A stretch of DNA of 64,000 nucleotides from Epiperipatus broadwayi (Eukaryota; Animalia; Onychophora). Below the pieces are notes generated by a model that was not told the origin of the DNA, made no database searches, and saw only the letters and a list, made by a program, of their open reading frames with translations. Numbering within the stretch: position 1 is the first letter of the stretch; every line of letters begins with the position of its first letter. The stretch is taken from contig JAQFVV010000011.1 of assembly GCA_028023455.1 (NCBI GenBank), forward strand, positions 2,108,001-2,172,000, read 5' to 3'. Below, one piece after another: positions 63,444-64,000 of the stretch. The position numbers were made by a program, and so were the translations under genes.

Positions 63444-63697
63444 GGAAGGATGGCTCAGTAGGTTAAAATGTTACCTTAAAATTCAATATTCAAGAATCTA
63501 AGAATCCAAGTTCGATTCCATGCTAGTACTGTCACTGATCAGCCAGAAACACCTGAAGAAGAGAGCAGAATAATACCATTTGAAACGTTATTCTATGTTA
63601 CTAACAACACTTGAATGTAATTGGAAAATTTAAATTTTTCAAAAGACATCCAATACTTAACATTAGATGATGGAAATAATCTAATATATAAATACAA
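63444..63697 (+). mobile_element. tRNA-headed, HHR-bearing SINE (family D), best copy
   Basis: A-box TGGCTCAGTAGG (63451), B-box GTTCGATTCC (63510), CTGAAGA-A-GAGAG...GAAACGTT (63553-63589), shared 3' tail. Confidence 0.8.
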
Positions 63698-64000
63698 ATT
63701 GTTCTCTTGTTTCTTACTGCAACATTCTTACTTTTTAAATAATAATAAATTTTTAACTTTTAATATTTTCATTCTATTGCACTTAGGGACCCCTTTTATT
63801 TTATTTTTTTTAAATTATTAAAACATATTTTTTAATATTTCAATGCCGCCCTGCGTGTGACGTTTTGTTTTGGTAGATATACATTGTATGATTCGTTCTA
63901 CAATTAATTAAAAAAATAAAATTTACAATTTTTTCCTCCCTTTTAATTAAAAATGAGATCGTAAATCAAAATTATATTAAAAGAGATATACTGTATTTTT

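Noticed and set aside
1-64000. Short ORFs in the supplied track outside the RTE and PLE
   Set aside because: Low-complexity F/I/L/K/N-rich translations typical of chance ORFs in AT-rich DNA, or antisense to TE ORFs. No recognisable host domain.

Overview
Very AT-rich, CpG-depleted eukaryotic genomic DNA, inferred to be invertebrate and probably arthropod. It reads as intron or intergenic sequence; I can support no host protein-coding exon. The window is dominated by transposon relics. These are one full-length but disrupted RTE LINE (30304-33572, 11-bp TSD), an inverted Penelope-like element (PLE) with RT and GIY-YIG remnants (about 61430-63260), Buster/Charlie hAT transposase remnants, several MITEs (hAT, pogo-like, Tc2-like), tRNA-derived SINEs and many LINE 3' fragments. 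The most striking feature is the density of self-cleaving-ribozyme motifs. About six distinct minimal type I hammerhead (HHR) families occur in about 17 copies, two of which look intact (13605-13648 and 55121-55177). One family sits inside a tRNA-headed SINE, and an HDV-like fold begins exactly at the RTE 5' end. Many of the HHR-bearing repeats occur as head-to-head inverted duplications with 3' ends pointing outward, the same geometry as the coding PLE. This suggests a family of short non-autonomous ribozyme elements mobilised by PLEs. Also present are a motif-plus-spacer array at 28.55-28.93 kb, CpG-retaining patches with splice signals (possible promoters at about 2.4 and 54.1 kb) and candidate non-coding exons on the minus strand. 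All alignments and folds were done by eye, and coordinates of degraded repeats are approximate.
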